NCBI GenBank assembly: GCA_947494335.1 | Contig: CANLUT010000002.1 | Span: 579,904 to 643,903 of the forward strand | Direction of reading: 5' to 3' | Origin: Oligoflexales bacterium | Lineage (GTDB): Bacteria; Bdellovibrionota_B; Oligoflexia; Oligoflexales; RGVZ01 | Length of the DNA stretch: 64,000 nucleotides | In this document: positions 44,965 to 53,886 of the stretch, in pieces | Layout: every line of letters begins with the position of its first letter | Numbering within the stretch: the first letter of the stretch is position 1 | Notes under the pieces: model-generated | What the model was told of the DNA's origin: nothing | Seen by the model: only the letters and a program-made list of their open reading frames with translations | Database searches by the model: none | Program-made: the position numbers and the translations under genes

Positions 44965-45822
44965 CCCCAGTCCTTTGATCTTGAATACAAGTAATAGACC
45001 CTGAGCGACTGCGACTAACTTGCCCAGATTCGAAACCACAGTTCGCCTGCGGAACGCAGATTCTGGATTTACTTTCGCAGATCGCAACAGTTTATGCCCA
45101 ATTCGCTGATAAACCTTACCTGCGATTGCAATGGCAAAAGACACTCTCCAAGGCAGCCAGTAGATCCCTTGAAATCCATGTTCATACAACTCGTCTGCTC
45201 TTCGAAGTAGTTTGTTGACCGCATAGTGCGCAATTTCAGGATTGGTCGACAAAACCTTTGCGTCGATATTAACCAAAAGATCTTTGGGTATATAGATGCG
45301 ACCAATACTTGCATCGGCTTGGATATCTCGGGCGATGTTAGTCAACTGCATCGCAGAGCCCAGAGAAATAGCGTGAGCACTTGCCTGGTCAGGATGAGCT
45401 CCGAGAAGTGGGCACATCATAAGTCCTACGACGCCCGCGACACGAAAGCAATACTGTTCGAGCTCTTTGAGATTCCCGTAGCGGCAGCCTTCCACATCCA
45501 TGCGCATACCGGCAATGAATTCTGATCGCTGCCAGTCATCTAGCCAAAGCGGTCCAGAAAGAGCTGCATTTACTGACCCACGATTTTCCATCAGGGAAAG
45601 TCGTGCCTCTGCCGACTGCGAGTCAGGTGCATCATCGATGGCGTCATCACAGCGCCTACACCACTGATAAAGAAGTAAGACTTTGTCTCGGCAGCTCTTC
45701 GGCAGGAAAAGTGAGGCTAAGGAGAAACTTTTTGAGCCTTGCTTGATGACTTCAGCTGGAGACGAAGTAAAGTTAATTGTTTGTGAGTAAGTCATGCGTC
45801 GCTCCCGGCTCGCGACTTCCAA
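44911..45822 (-). CDS. crtB: Phytoene synthase
   Basis: YCFRVAGVVGLMMCPLLG and AMQLTNIARDIQADASIGRIYIP are squalene/phytoene synthase signatures. Alternative ATG at 45795. Confidence 0.9.
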   Translation of the reverse strand: MEVASRERRMTYSQTINFTSSPAEVIKQGSKSFSLASLFLPKSCRDKVLLLYQWCRRCDDAIDDAPDSQSAEARLSLMENRGSVNAALSGPLWLDDWQRSEFIAGMRMDVEGCRYGNLKELEQYCFRVAGVVGLMMCPLLGAHPDQASAHAISLGSAMQLTNIARDIQADASIGRIYIPKDLLVNIDAKVLSTNPEIAHYAVNKLLRRADELYEHGFQGIYWLPWRVSFAIAIAGKVYQRIGHKLLRSAKVNPESAFRRRTVVSNLGKLVAVAQGLLLVFKIKGLGSMRLTRATRGIAAVADR

Positions 45823-47329
45823 CGGGGAGAGCTGCCTTCAAGTCTTGAAGTACCAAAGATGCAGTAGCCTTAGCCGAGTTGACGACTCCTGGAACGCCGG
45901 CGCCTGGATGAGTCCCAGCCCCTGTAAAGTACATTCCAGCAACTCGACCATCGCGGTTATGAGTGCGAAAGAATGCGCTTTGCCAGAGTACGGGTTCACT
46001 GGAAAACGCTGAGCCCAGGTGTGAGTTTAATTCAAATTTGAAATCCAACGGAGTGAAAATCTTCTGAGTCACAATGTGCTTGCGCAGGTCGGGAGCGTAA
46101 TGTTGCTCAATATAACTTAATATACGGTCTGCGTAGGCTGGGCCTTCCTTTTGCCAGTCTAAATGAAGATTTCCGAGGTGCGGCACTGGAGATAGAACGT
46201 AAAATGCTTCACACCCTTCAGGCGCCATCCCTGGATCAGTCCGCGTCGGAGCATGCAAGTAGAGAGAAAAATCATCCGGGATTTTACTAGCCTTGGAAAA
46301 GATTTGACTCAAAAGTCCACGGTAGGACTTTCCGAAAAGAATATTATGATGTGCAAGCTCTGGATACTGTTTGTTAGTACCAAAATACACTAAGAATAAT
46401 GACATGCTTTGCGAGTGACTAAGAACCTTCTTTCGTCCTTGCTCTGCCTCGGGGGCGTTTCTTAGAAGATGGCTGTACGTGTGTACAACATCCGCGTTGG
46501 AAACAACAACATCACAAGGCCATACGCCGCTTGCAGTTTTCACACCACTAACGTGACCCTCAGTTGTGATGATCTCCTCCACTGGCGACGATAATCGAAC
46601 CTCACCACCGAGCTCTTCAAAGAGTCTGACTAATGCACGAACCAAAGCACCCGTGCCACCGCGTGGGAAGAAGACACCCCACTTTCGCTCAAGATAGTGG
46701 ATCAAAGTATAAATAGAAGACGTTTTAAAAGGGTTGCCGCCAACCAATAGCGTGTGAAAACTGAAGGCTTGACGGAGCTGAGGATCCTTGATGAAACGTG
46801 CGACCGTCTTGAAAACTGAGCGATGAGCGCTTAGTTTGGCTAGCTGCGGAGCGACACGGATCATGCTCCACCAGTTTAGGAACGGCACGTGGGCTAGTTT
46901 CGTGTAACCCTCGTCAAAAACCTCTTTTGAATATTTCAGAAATCTGGAGTAGCCATCCGTATCTTGTGGGGATTTTTTTTGAATTTGATCAAAAGTGCTT
47001 ACGGGGTCGTTGGAGTAATCAAATGAAAACCCATTCTCCCAGAATAATCGATAGAAGGGCGTCACAGGCATCATCTCGACGTAGTCTTCCATCCTTTTAC
47101 CGGCACAGTCGAAAAGTTCTCGCAAACAGTCTGGAGCAGTGATGACAGTCGGTCCGGCGTCAAACGTAAAGCCTTTGTCCCGGTAAACGTATGCCCGGCC
47201 TCCGGGTTGATCCCGTTTTTCAAACACTACAACCTGATGGCCTGCCGCTTGCAATCGGATGGCGGCAGCAAGACCTCCAAACCCACTTCCAATGACAGCA
47301 ATACGAGCAGAGTTCTTATTTTTATGCAT
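45773..47329 (-). CDS. crtI: Phytoene desaturase
   Basis: N-terminal IAVIGSGFGGLAAAIRL and the C-terminal CrtI signature FTGAGTHPGAGVPGV. Confidence 0.9.
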   Translation of the reverse strand: MHKNKNSARIAVIGSGFGGLAAAIRLQAAGHQVVVFEKRDQPGGRAYVYRDKGFTFDAGPTVITAPDCLRELFDCAGKRMEDYVEMMPVTPFYRLFWENGFSFDYSNDPVSTFDQIQKKSPQDTDGYSRFLKYSKEVFDEGYTKLAHVPFLNWWSMIRVAPQLAKLSAHRSVFKTVARFIKDPQLRQAFSFHTLLVGGNPFKTSSIYTLIHYLERKWGVFFPRGGTGALVRALVRLFEELGGEVRLSSPVEEIITTEGHVSGVKTASGVWPCDVVVSNADVVHTYSHLLRNAPEAEQGRKKVLSHSQSMSLFLVYFGTNKQYPELAHHNILFGKSYRGLLSQIFSKASKIPDDFSLYLHAPTRTDPGMAPEGCEAFYVLSPVPHLGNLHLDWQKEGPAYADRILSYIEQHYAPDLRKHIVTQKIFTPLDFKFELNSHLGSAFSSEPVLWQSAFFRTHNRDGRVAGMYFTGAGTHPGAGVPGVVNSAKATASLVLQDLKAALPVGSREPGATHDLLTNN

Positions 47330-48380
47330 ATGCAGTCATCACTTTCTGTGCCAGCTCTCGTAGCGAGGATATTGCCGCCACTTGCGCGCTAGTTTCGACG
47401 ATACAATTTAACTGATCCAAACATGTTTCGAATTCTGTCGTTGCTAATTCATGAGCCTTCTCGACGACTCGCTTTAAGAGTAATGAATCATCACTAGAAA
47501 TTTGATTAGGATTTCCCATCAAGTGCTGAAATCTCATAAATTCCGCCGCTTCAAGTTCTCTGGCAGCTACAGCCCAAACCCAGGAAGGCCTGACTAGTGG
47601 CCTACTGATCGTTTGATTCTTATTTTTTGGCGATACATCTCCAATGTCGTTAAACATCTGTAAGGCCACGCCGAAACGCTGACCGAATTTTGCCAGACAG
47701 CGGCGTCTCATTGAGTCCGCCTCACCCACGATTGCGCCTAATTCAGCACACATACCAGTTAGCTCGCCAGTCTTCAGTTCTATCGCTGCAACGGAAATAT
47801 CGAGCGCTTTCTGTTGAGAGCATTGGGTCATGTCGTGGCCAAGGTCAAGAGCCTGCCCCTGATGAGCGTACAGCATGGTCTTGTGGAAAAGACGGTAGAT
47901 CTCGAGCTCAACGGATGGATTAAGAGCCTGCTGACGCAGTAAATCTATTGGCCAAAAATAAAGCCAGTTCGCCGCATTGATGGTACGTGGAACTCCGATC
48001 TGCATATGCAGCGCCGCCTTGCCGCGGCGCATTTCGTCTGCATCTTGGATGTCATCGATCATGAGTGAGCCAGCATGCAAGGCTTCAACCACGCATGCCA
48101 AGCAGTCGAGAAGTGATTGCTGGCTTGCGATCAAGGGTTCAGCCTTAGTATTGGCGATAGTAAATCCAATGTGAACTAGTTGCGCACGAACCTGCTTGGA
48201 ATTACGACTTGCAAACTCACGAACCGGTGCTACCAAAGCAGCGTCTAAACTAGGATCAGAGGCGCTCGGTAGATGAGCAGCTAAAATAGGCACTAGCTCG
48301 GACCGGGTGTTATTATTTTGCAAGTATGTTTTATGATTTATCACCGGGAGAAGGGTAATAGATGTCTCAGTCGGGGTCAA
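47322..48380 (-). CDS. crtE: Polyprenyl (geranylgeranyl) diphosphate synthase
   Basis: First Asp-rich motif LMIDDIQDADEMRRGK. The second motif is degenerate (FNDIGD). First gene of the crtE-crtI-crtB unit, with an 8-nt overlap onto crtI. TTG start in the ORF track. Confidence 0.8.
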   Translation of the reverse strand: MTPTETSITLLPVINHKTYLQNNNTRSELVPILAAHLPSASDPSLDAALVAPVREFASRNSKQVRAQLVHIGFTIANTKAEPLIASQQSLLDCLACVVEALHAGSLMIDDIQDADEMRRGKAALHMQIGVPRTINAANWLYFWPIDLLRQQALNPSVELEIYRLFHKTMLYAHQGQALDLGHDMTQCSQQKALDISVAAIELKTGELTGMCAELGAIVGEADSMRRRCLAKFGQRFGVALQMFNDIGDVSPKNKNQTISRPLVRPSWVWAVAARELEAAEFMRFQHLMGNPNQISSDDSLLLKRVVEKAHELATTEFETCLDQLNCIVETSAQVAAISSLRELAQKVMTAYA

Positions 48381-48609
48381 GAAGTGTGAGTAAAAAGATG
48401 TATCCGAGTGGAGTCTAGTTTTTTAAATTTTTGCACTGATTACCCAGTGTCGGGCTGGTCGGGCAAATCCACATAAGTTCCAGACATTAAATAGATAACT
48501 CCTCATCACGATCAAGATGGACTGGACGAGCGTTGATAATTTAAGTGGTCTTTTTCGGTCCATGGGAGTTTTGATGGGCTCGATCTTTGACTGTTATCAA
48601 TGCGATCAT

Positions 48610-49743
48610 CTACTCGGTCAAAGATCTCAATCTTTTCGGATGAAAAATTGCTTGTACGGTTTTAGATCTGCCGTTAGCTATAAATTCCGAAAGTCCTCGC
48701 CCGGCTGCGCAGCCCAGGGTGAGTCCTGAGCCCATGTAGCCGCTGGCCATCAGAACTCTTGAATCATTATACATGGGTCCAATGATTGGAATTTCATCGC
48801 AAGCCCTAAGCTCAAGAAGTGCTTGCTGCTGTGTCGGCTTCGAAAGTTTCACATCAAAGAGCGACTCAATTCTTTGCTTGACGGTGCTAGTGATCTTTTC
48901 GTCTAGATGCGCTCGGCTTGCCTCTACGCCAGCCCACTTTCTTAGATACCTCGCTCCACCGGCGCGAAGCTTTCTGTCCGAGGTGACTGAAATCCAGTAT
49001 TGGCTAAAATCCGCGAGTAGAAGGTTGCCAGGAGTCAAAAACGGATGCCCTCCATCAAACTCAAACTCCGCCCACTGGTCGGCATGATTGACTAGGCAGG
49101 ATTCCATGTTGGGAATGATTTTTTTGATTCCAAGGTGACTTGCTACCACAACAACTTCTGCCGTCAGCGTTGTTCCTGAAGACGTGACAACCGAGATATG
49201 GCGAGGAGCTGTTTCAATTCTGATGACTTCCTCTGGAAAAATCTTTCTACTAAGGTCTTCTTCCATATGACGCAGTAAGGATCCTATATTGATTGATGCG
49301 GAAGCCGCACCATCCGACTGGTAGGTCAGTTTTCGTGTCCCGCGCCCATCAAGACTTACAGAGCTTGGAAAGCCATTGCTGGCAAGCCAAGAGCTGGCGA
49401 CGGCCATCTCCTGTGCTTCCATATCTGACTGGGTGAGCCGGTAAACCCGCCCCGCGTGGTGGTTAACTTTAAACTGAGTTATCAGATCCATTAAATCTGA
49501 AAAGCCGATACGACCGAGCCTTAACAGGTTTCTTGCAGCGTCCTCGCCGTGCCCGTGCACCGTTCGAGAGATGTTATCCAAAGTGGAAATGGCTGCGTAG
49601 CCCGAGTTTATAGAGGCGCAGTTGGTAAAGTCGCGACTCGGAGCAACAAAGCAAAAAGATCCAATGCCATAGCGCTTCAGGTGAAAGCCTGTACTCAGAC
49701 CCGTAATACCCCTTCCAATTATGATGACGTCGAATGCTTCCAT
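48610..49743 (-). CDS. FAD-dependent oxidoreductase (DAO/glycine-oxidase-like family)
   Basis: N-terminal dinucleotide fold FDVIIIGRGITGLSTG. 377 aa. Confidence 0.7.
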   Translation of the reverse strand: MEAFDVIIIGRGITGLSTGFHLKRYGIGSFCFVAPSRDFTNCASINSGYAAISTLDNISRTVHGHGEDAARNLLRLGRIGFSDLMDLITQFKVNHHAGRVYRLTQSDMEAQEMAVASSWLASNGFPSSVSLDGRGTRKLTYQSDGAASASINIGSLLRHMEEDLSRKIFPEEVIRIETAPRHISVVTSSGTTLTAEVVVVASHLGIKKIIPNMESCLVNHADQWAEFEFDGGHPFLTPGNLLLADFSQYWISVTSDRKLRAGGARYLRKWAGVEASRAHLDEKITSTVKQRIESLFDVKLSKPTQQQALLELRACDEIPIIGPMYNDSRVLMASGYMGSGLTLGCAAGRGLSEFIANGRSKTVQAIFHPKRLRSLTE

Positions 49744-49836
49744 GAGGGCTTAAATAAGGGTTTGTTAGCCTGTAAACTCGATCAAAACAATGTTAAGCTA
49801 CATCGTACGTCAATTCCACTAACAACGGGTAAGAAT

Positions 49837-51345
49837 ATGGTCCTCTTGTCAAGGAAGTTTGTCTCATCATTTATCGTTACAACTACGATGTCTGTTTCAA
49901 CGTTGGTCTTGGGCGCATCCCTTGACGTTATTGGATGGGGACCGACCTCGCATATCAAAGCCAAGAAAGAACCACCCACCTGGCTTGGGGATGATCCCAT
50001 CCTGGGTCGTCTGGCTTGTCCTGCCATTTTGCGACTTGAAGGTGATCAGCTAAAAAATGACGCCCTACTTCTCAAGGTAAATCCTTCGGTGGAAAAGGTT
50101 GGTTCAGGTGAGCGTTGGACTCTGACCCTGCGCCCAGGTTTGCGTTGGTGGTCGGGATTTCCGATAGATGCTTCGTCATTATCCAATTGGCTTAAAACAG
50201 CTCTTCCGCAGGCCGTAACGGAACGGTTGAGTGCCGCTTTTCCAGCGGACGTCACATTTTCGGTTGCCGGCCCATTGGCAGTCAGAATTGATTTTCCGAT
50301 GGCCCCGAACTTTGGTCCTTACGTCCTTTCTGGCATCAGCTTGATGCGCCCTACTTCAGATGAAGGGTTTGAGTGTGCTGGTTTGTACTCAATGAATGTC
50401 ATGCCGTACGGTGTAGATCTTATTTTGAACAAAGGTTACACGGCAAAGTACGATACGATAAAAGTATACGGGTCTAGCACGGCCCTTGGCACAAGTTCGG
50501 CCGGTATTAAGTTTTCCATGGCCAATCAGGCATCTAAGGCATCTGCAACGGCTATTGAAACCAAACAGTGCACAAACCGCATCGATATACCTCTGTTCAC
50601 GACATTAATCTGGAATCCTTCCTCGCCTCTCTCATCGTCAGCGCTGCTTAGGCAGGGTTTGACCATGGCGACTCCTCGAGGAGAGATTTTGAGAACTGCT
50701 GCTGGCGACATTGGTTCTCTGGTCTCGGCTCCTATTCTGCGTTCGCATCCTGGCTACAATTCAAAAACATTGATTCGCCCTTACAACTTGGAGGCGGCAT
50801 CTCAGATTTTTGAACAGGCTGGCTACAAGCAGGCTCACATCGGTCTTCCGCGTGCTAAAACTGCTGATAAACCGGTTTCCATCCAGATTGCCCGCATGAG
50901 CGGCCGCCAGGACTTGGTTGAAAAGATTATCAATGACTCGTTCGCCTCTCTTGGAATTGAGACCCACTTTGATGATATTTCCAATAAAAACGAAAAATTT
51001 GATGCCGTCATGGCTGGGATTTTCATTCCAATGCTATCTCAGGACTTGAGGTCTGTGGCACACACATCAGCCATCAAAACGGCCGGTAAAAACGGTCTTT
51101 CCTTTCCTTTTGAGTATCAGGGTGATAAGAAGCTGGACGAACTGTTAGACGACTACTCGGTGTCATTGACGAGAGACAATGCTGACTTCGGGCTGCTCAG
51201 AAAAGTTCATGAACGATGGTTCGAGGTTGAACCATGGACTGTGGTGATGGCTCATCAGTACTGCGTCGAATCGAAGGGACTTAATCTCCCTAAGAAGCTA
51301 AATACACGAGATGCAGACTGGTTCCGTCGCTTGACCGTTGATTAA
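49837..51345 (+). CDS. Secreted solute-binding-protein family 5-like protein
   Basis: Start set to ATG 49837 (MVLLSRKFVSSFIV..., a signal peptide). ERWTLTLRPGLRWWSGFPIDA resembles the SBP_bac_5 pattern. The track's upstream extension overlaps the previous gene. Confidence 0.5.
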   Translation: MVLLSRKFVSSFIVTTTMSVSTLVLGASLDVIGWGPTSHIKAKKEPPTWLGDDPILGRLACPAILRLEGDQLKNDALLLKVNPSVEKVGSGERWTLTLRPGLRWWSGFPIDASSLSNWLKTALPQAVTERLSAAFPADVTFSVAGPLAVRIDFPMAPNFGPYVLSGISLMRPTSDEGFECAGLYSMNVMPYGVDLILNKGYTAKYDTIKVYGSSTALGTSSAGIKFSMANQASKASATAIETKQCTNRIDIPLFTTLIWNPSSPLSSSALLRQGLTMATPRGEILRTAAGDIGSLVSAPILRSHPGYNSKTLIRPYNLEAASQIFEQAGYKQAHIGLPRAKTADKPVSIQIARMSGRQDLVEKIINDSFASLGIETHFDDISNKNEKFDAVMAGIFIPMLSQDLRSVAHTSAIKTAGKNGLSFPFEYQGDKKLDELLDDYSVSLTRDNADFGLLRKVHERWFEVEPWTVVMAHQYCVESKGLNLPKKLNTRDADWFRRLTVD

Positions 51346-51377
51346 ATGGGAAGCCTTGCGCGAAGTATGGCCGCGAG

Positions 51378-52157
51378 GTGTCCTGGGGAACGAAGCATCC
51401 AGTGATTGTTTTAAAATCTGACTTTGAAATTGATAAGATGCGGTCTGCCGGACGCCTGGCAGCTGAAACGTTGGCTATGATTGAAAAGCATATCCGGCCG
51501 GGCATTTCCACGCTGGAGTTAAATGATATCTGCCATGACTTCACAGTAAGTCGCGGCGCAGTCTGCGCGCCCCTCAATTACCGGGGTTATCCAAAGAGTA
51601 TTTGTACTTCGGTCAATGACGTCGTTTGTCACGGAATTCCCAATTCCAAACAAGTTTTAAAGGACGGCGACATCATCAATGTGGATGTTACTCCAATATT
51701 GGATGGCTACCACGGCGATGCGTCTAAAACTTTTTTTGTCGGGAGCAATGTCTCGACTGCCGCGAGAGAGCTGGTAAAAGTAACAGAAGAATGCCTAGAG
51801 ATCGGCATCAGTCAAATTCGAGTTGGAGCTCGAATTGGTGACATCGGGTATGCCATTCAAGAACACGCAGAAAAACATGGTTACAGTGTCGTCCGCGATT
51901 TTGTGGGGCATGGTATCGGTAAGGTGTTTCACGAGGATCCGCAGGTCCCTCACTACGGTGAGGCCGGAAAAGGTGTCCGCATTGAGCCTGGAATGACCTT
52001 TACTGTGGAGCCAATGATCAATGCGGGTGATTACCGCTGCAAAATTCTCAAAGATAAGTGGACTGCTGTGACGGTAGACAGAAGTCTATCGGCTCAATTT
52101 GAGCACACGATCGCAATTCGCAGTAACGGAGCGGTCGAGATTCTGACCCTGCCCTGA
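51378..52157 (+). CDS. map: Methionine aminopeptidase type I
   Basis: VCHGIPN, DVTPILDGYHGD, VGHGIG, FTVEPMIN and QFEHT are the metal ligands and signature. GTG start. Confidence 0.9.
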   Translation: MSWGTKHPVIVLKSDFEIDKMRSAGRLAAETLAMIEKHIRPGISTLELNDICHDFTVSRGAVCAPLNYRGYPKSICTSVNDVVCHGIPNSKQVLKDGDIINVDVTPILDGYHGDASKTFFVGSNVSTAARELVKVTEECLEIGISQIRVGARIGDIGYAIQEHAEKHGYSVVRDFVGHGIGKVFHEDPQVPHYGEAGKGVRIEPGMTFTVEPMINAGDYRCKILKDKWTAVTVDRSLSAQFEHTIAIRSNGAVEILTLP

Positions 52158-52158
52158 T

Positions 52159-52461
52159 TCATTGGTTCGCAGAATCCTCTGACAAGGAATTCACATAGAG
52201 CGCCAATTCATCTTCATAAATCATGTCTGGGGCTGCGAGTCTCGACTTGATTTCTTCAATTTTTGCGTACGCACTGGCTGCAATTTGTGCTGGGGTGCTA
52301 GCCTCTTTAAGACCAGCTTTTTGTAAAGTTTTGAGAGCCTCATCGGGGTCAGAGACCATCTTCTCGTAGTGCGCGAGTCGAATGCCACGGAGCATTTTTA
52401 TCTCGTGTAAGGTTTCTTGATCTAGAACAGCATCCACAATAATTTTTACGGCAGTCATCAT
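52159..52461 (-). CDS. Hypothetical small helical protein
   Basis: 100-aa ORF. No family recognised. Confidence 0.4.
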   Translation of the reverse strand: MMTAVKIIVDAVLDQETLHEIKMLRGIRLAHYEKMVSDPDEALKTLQKAGLKEASTPAQIAASAYAKIEEIKSRLAAPDMIYEDELALYVNSLSEDSANQ

Positions 52462-52886
52462 CTAGTGGCTCCAACACGTCAGGGCTGGTCGCCCGAAAGG
52501 ACGACGCTGACCCCATCAAGCAATGTCTGGGCCAAGTCTTAAAATATTGAAATTAATGATATAAATATTTGTCCAGGGCATTGAAATCGACTCAATCCCA
52601 TAAACTTTGTAGGTTGTTTTGACACCGCCGAAATATGGAAATCTTGACCTCGTTCAAATTTAAACTGTAATTATAGTGACTTGAGGGGGGGTGTTCGGGT
52701 TTTTGTTAAATAGCCAAAATCATTGAGAAAATTGGGATTGAAGGCCAAAAAGCATCATATATCTTAATTTTTTTAGCCCTTTATGACCTCTTAACAATCA
52801 TAATTTAGAGTAAATGTGGGATTATCAAGTTGCCATCTTTGTATCTGTTTTGTATCTGGAACTGACGATCGGGGGAGGTCCATTTT

Positions 52887-53744
52887 ATGTCTCAGAGCAT
52901 TGTTTCAGGTCAGGGTCGAAGCTACCGGATGCGTGCCGTTGAGGGGGTCAAGCAAGGCCTCGGATGGCTAAATCCCGCCTACAAAGATTTTCAATATCGT
53001 GTTCCTGTGAACTTTACTCGGGGTCACTTCACCGTAAAAACGGTGGAATCCAAGCGTGAGCTTTGGCAAGTAATGACGCTACGATACGAAGTTTTTCATC
53101 GTGAATATATGAACAAATTGATTCCATTTGGGATCGACCGGGACCGTTATGACATTTCGGCCGATCACTTGGCTATTATTGATAACCGTATCAATAAAAT
53201 AGTTGGCACCTATCGACTCATCCCGAGTCATCGAACAAGTGACTTCTACTCGATGACGGAGTTTGACATTTCCGACCTCGTCTCCCGGGAGGGTGTAAAA
53301 GTCGAATTAAGTCGAGCGTGTATCCACAAGGACTACCGCAATGGCGCCATTATTACGTTACTTTGGCGCGGAATTATTGAGTATTTGAATGCCGCTGGTG
53401 CGCGCTGGCTTTTCGGTATGGGCAGTGTGAAGACGATAAATCCTGATGAAATCACAGAGGTTTATAAGTGTTTTACCGATGAGGGTTCCGTTGATCATTC
53501 GTTTATGATTCCTGCGAAAGCCAATTACCGCATCGATGATTTTGCTAAGCGTCTGGAGCGTGCTCAAGTGACGGACCGTGCTCGGGAGTTGGTTCCAACC
53601 TTGGTCAAATCCTATGTTCGAGCTGGTGCGGTCATTGTGGGCGACCCTGCAATCGACTTGGCATTCAACTGCAGTGACCTATTTGTCATTTTGGATGTGT
53701 CAAAGTTATCAGCAGCATACAATCGTAAGTATCAAGTAAACTGA
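52887..53744 (+). CDS. GNAT-type N-acyl amino acid synthase (OlsB/hemolysin-like, Acetyltransf_5 type)
   Basis: RYEVFHREY...DRDRYD...HLAIID....IVGTYRLIP and ELSRACIHKDYRNG fit the OlsB-like N-acyltransferase pattern. Confidence 0.6.
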   Translation: MSQSIVSGQGRSYRMRAVEGVKQGLGWLNPAYKDFQYRVPVNFTRGHFTVKTVESKRELWQVMTLRYEVFHREYMNKLIPFGIDRDRYDISADHLAIIDNRINKIVGTYRLIPSHRTSDFYSMTEFDISDLVSREGVKVELSRACIHKDYRNGAIITLLWRGIIEYLNAAGARWLFGMGSVKTINPDEITEVYKCFTDEGSVDHSFMIPAKANYRIDDFAKRLERAQVTDRARELVPTLVKSYVRAGAVIVGDPAIDLAFNCSDLFVILDVSKLSAAYNRKYQVN

Positions 53745-53886
53745 ACGAAATTTGATTGAGATTTCTCGTTTGCCAAACCCCGTAAAGCCTTGAGCTGAGC
53801 GGGGTTCTTGGTTTTTTCGACCAGAACAGCGTAAAATAAAGGTATCCATAAAATGAATATCCCCTCTTTTTTGGGAGCACACACCA

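Noticed and set aside
49549-49836. 96-codon N-terminal extension of the SBP-like ORF, overlapping the FAD oxidoreductase gene.
   Set aside because: An internal ATG at 49837 starts a credible signal peptide. The extension is antisense to a well-supported gene.
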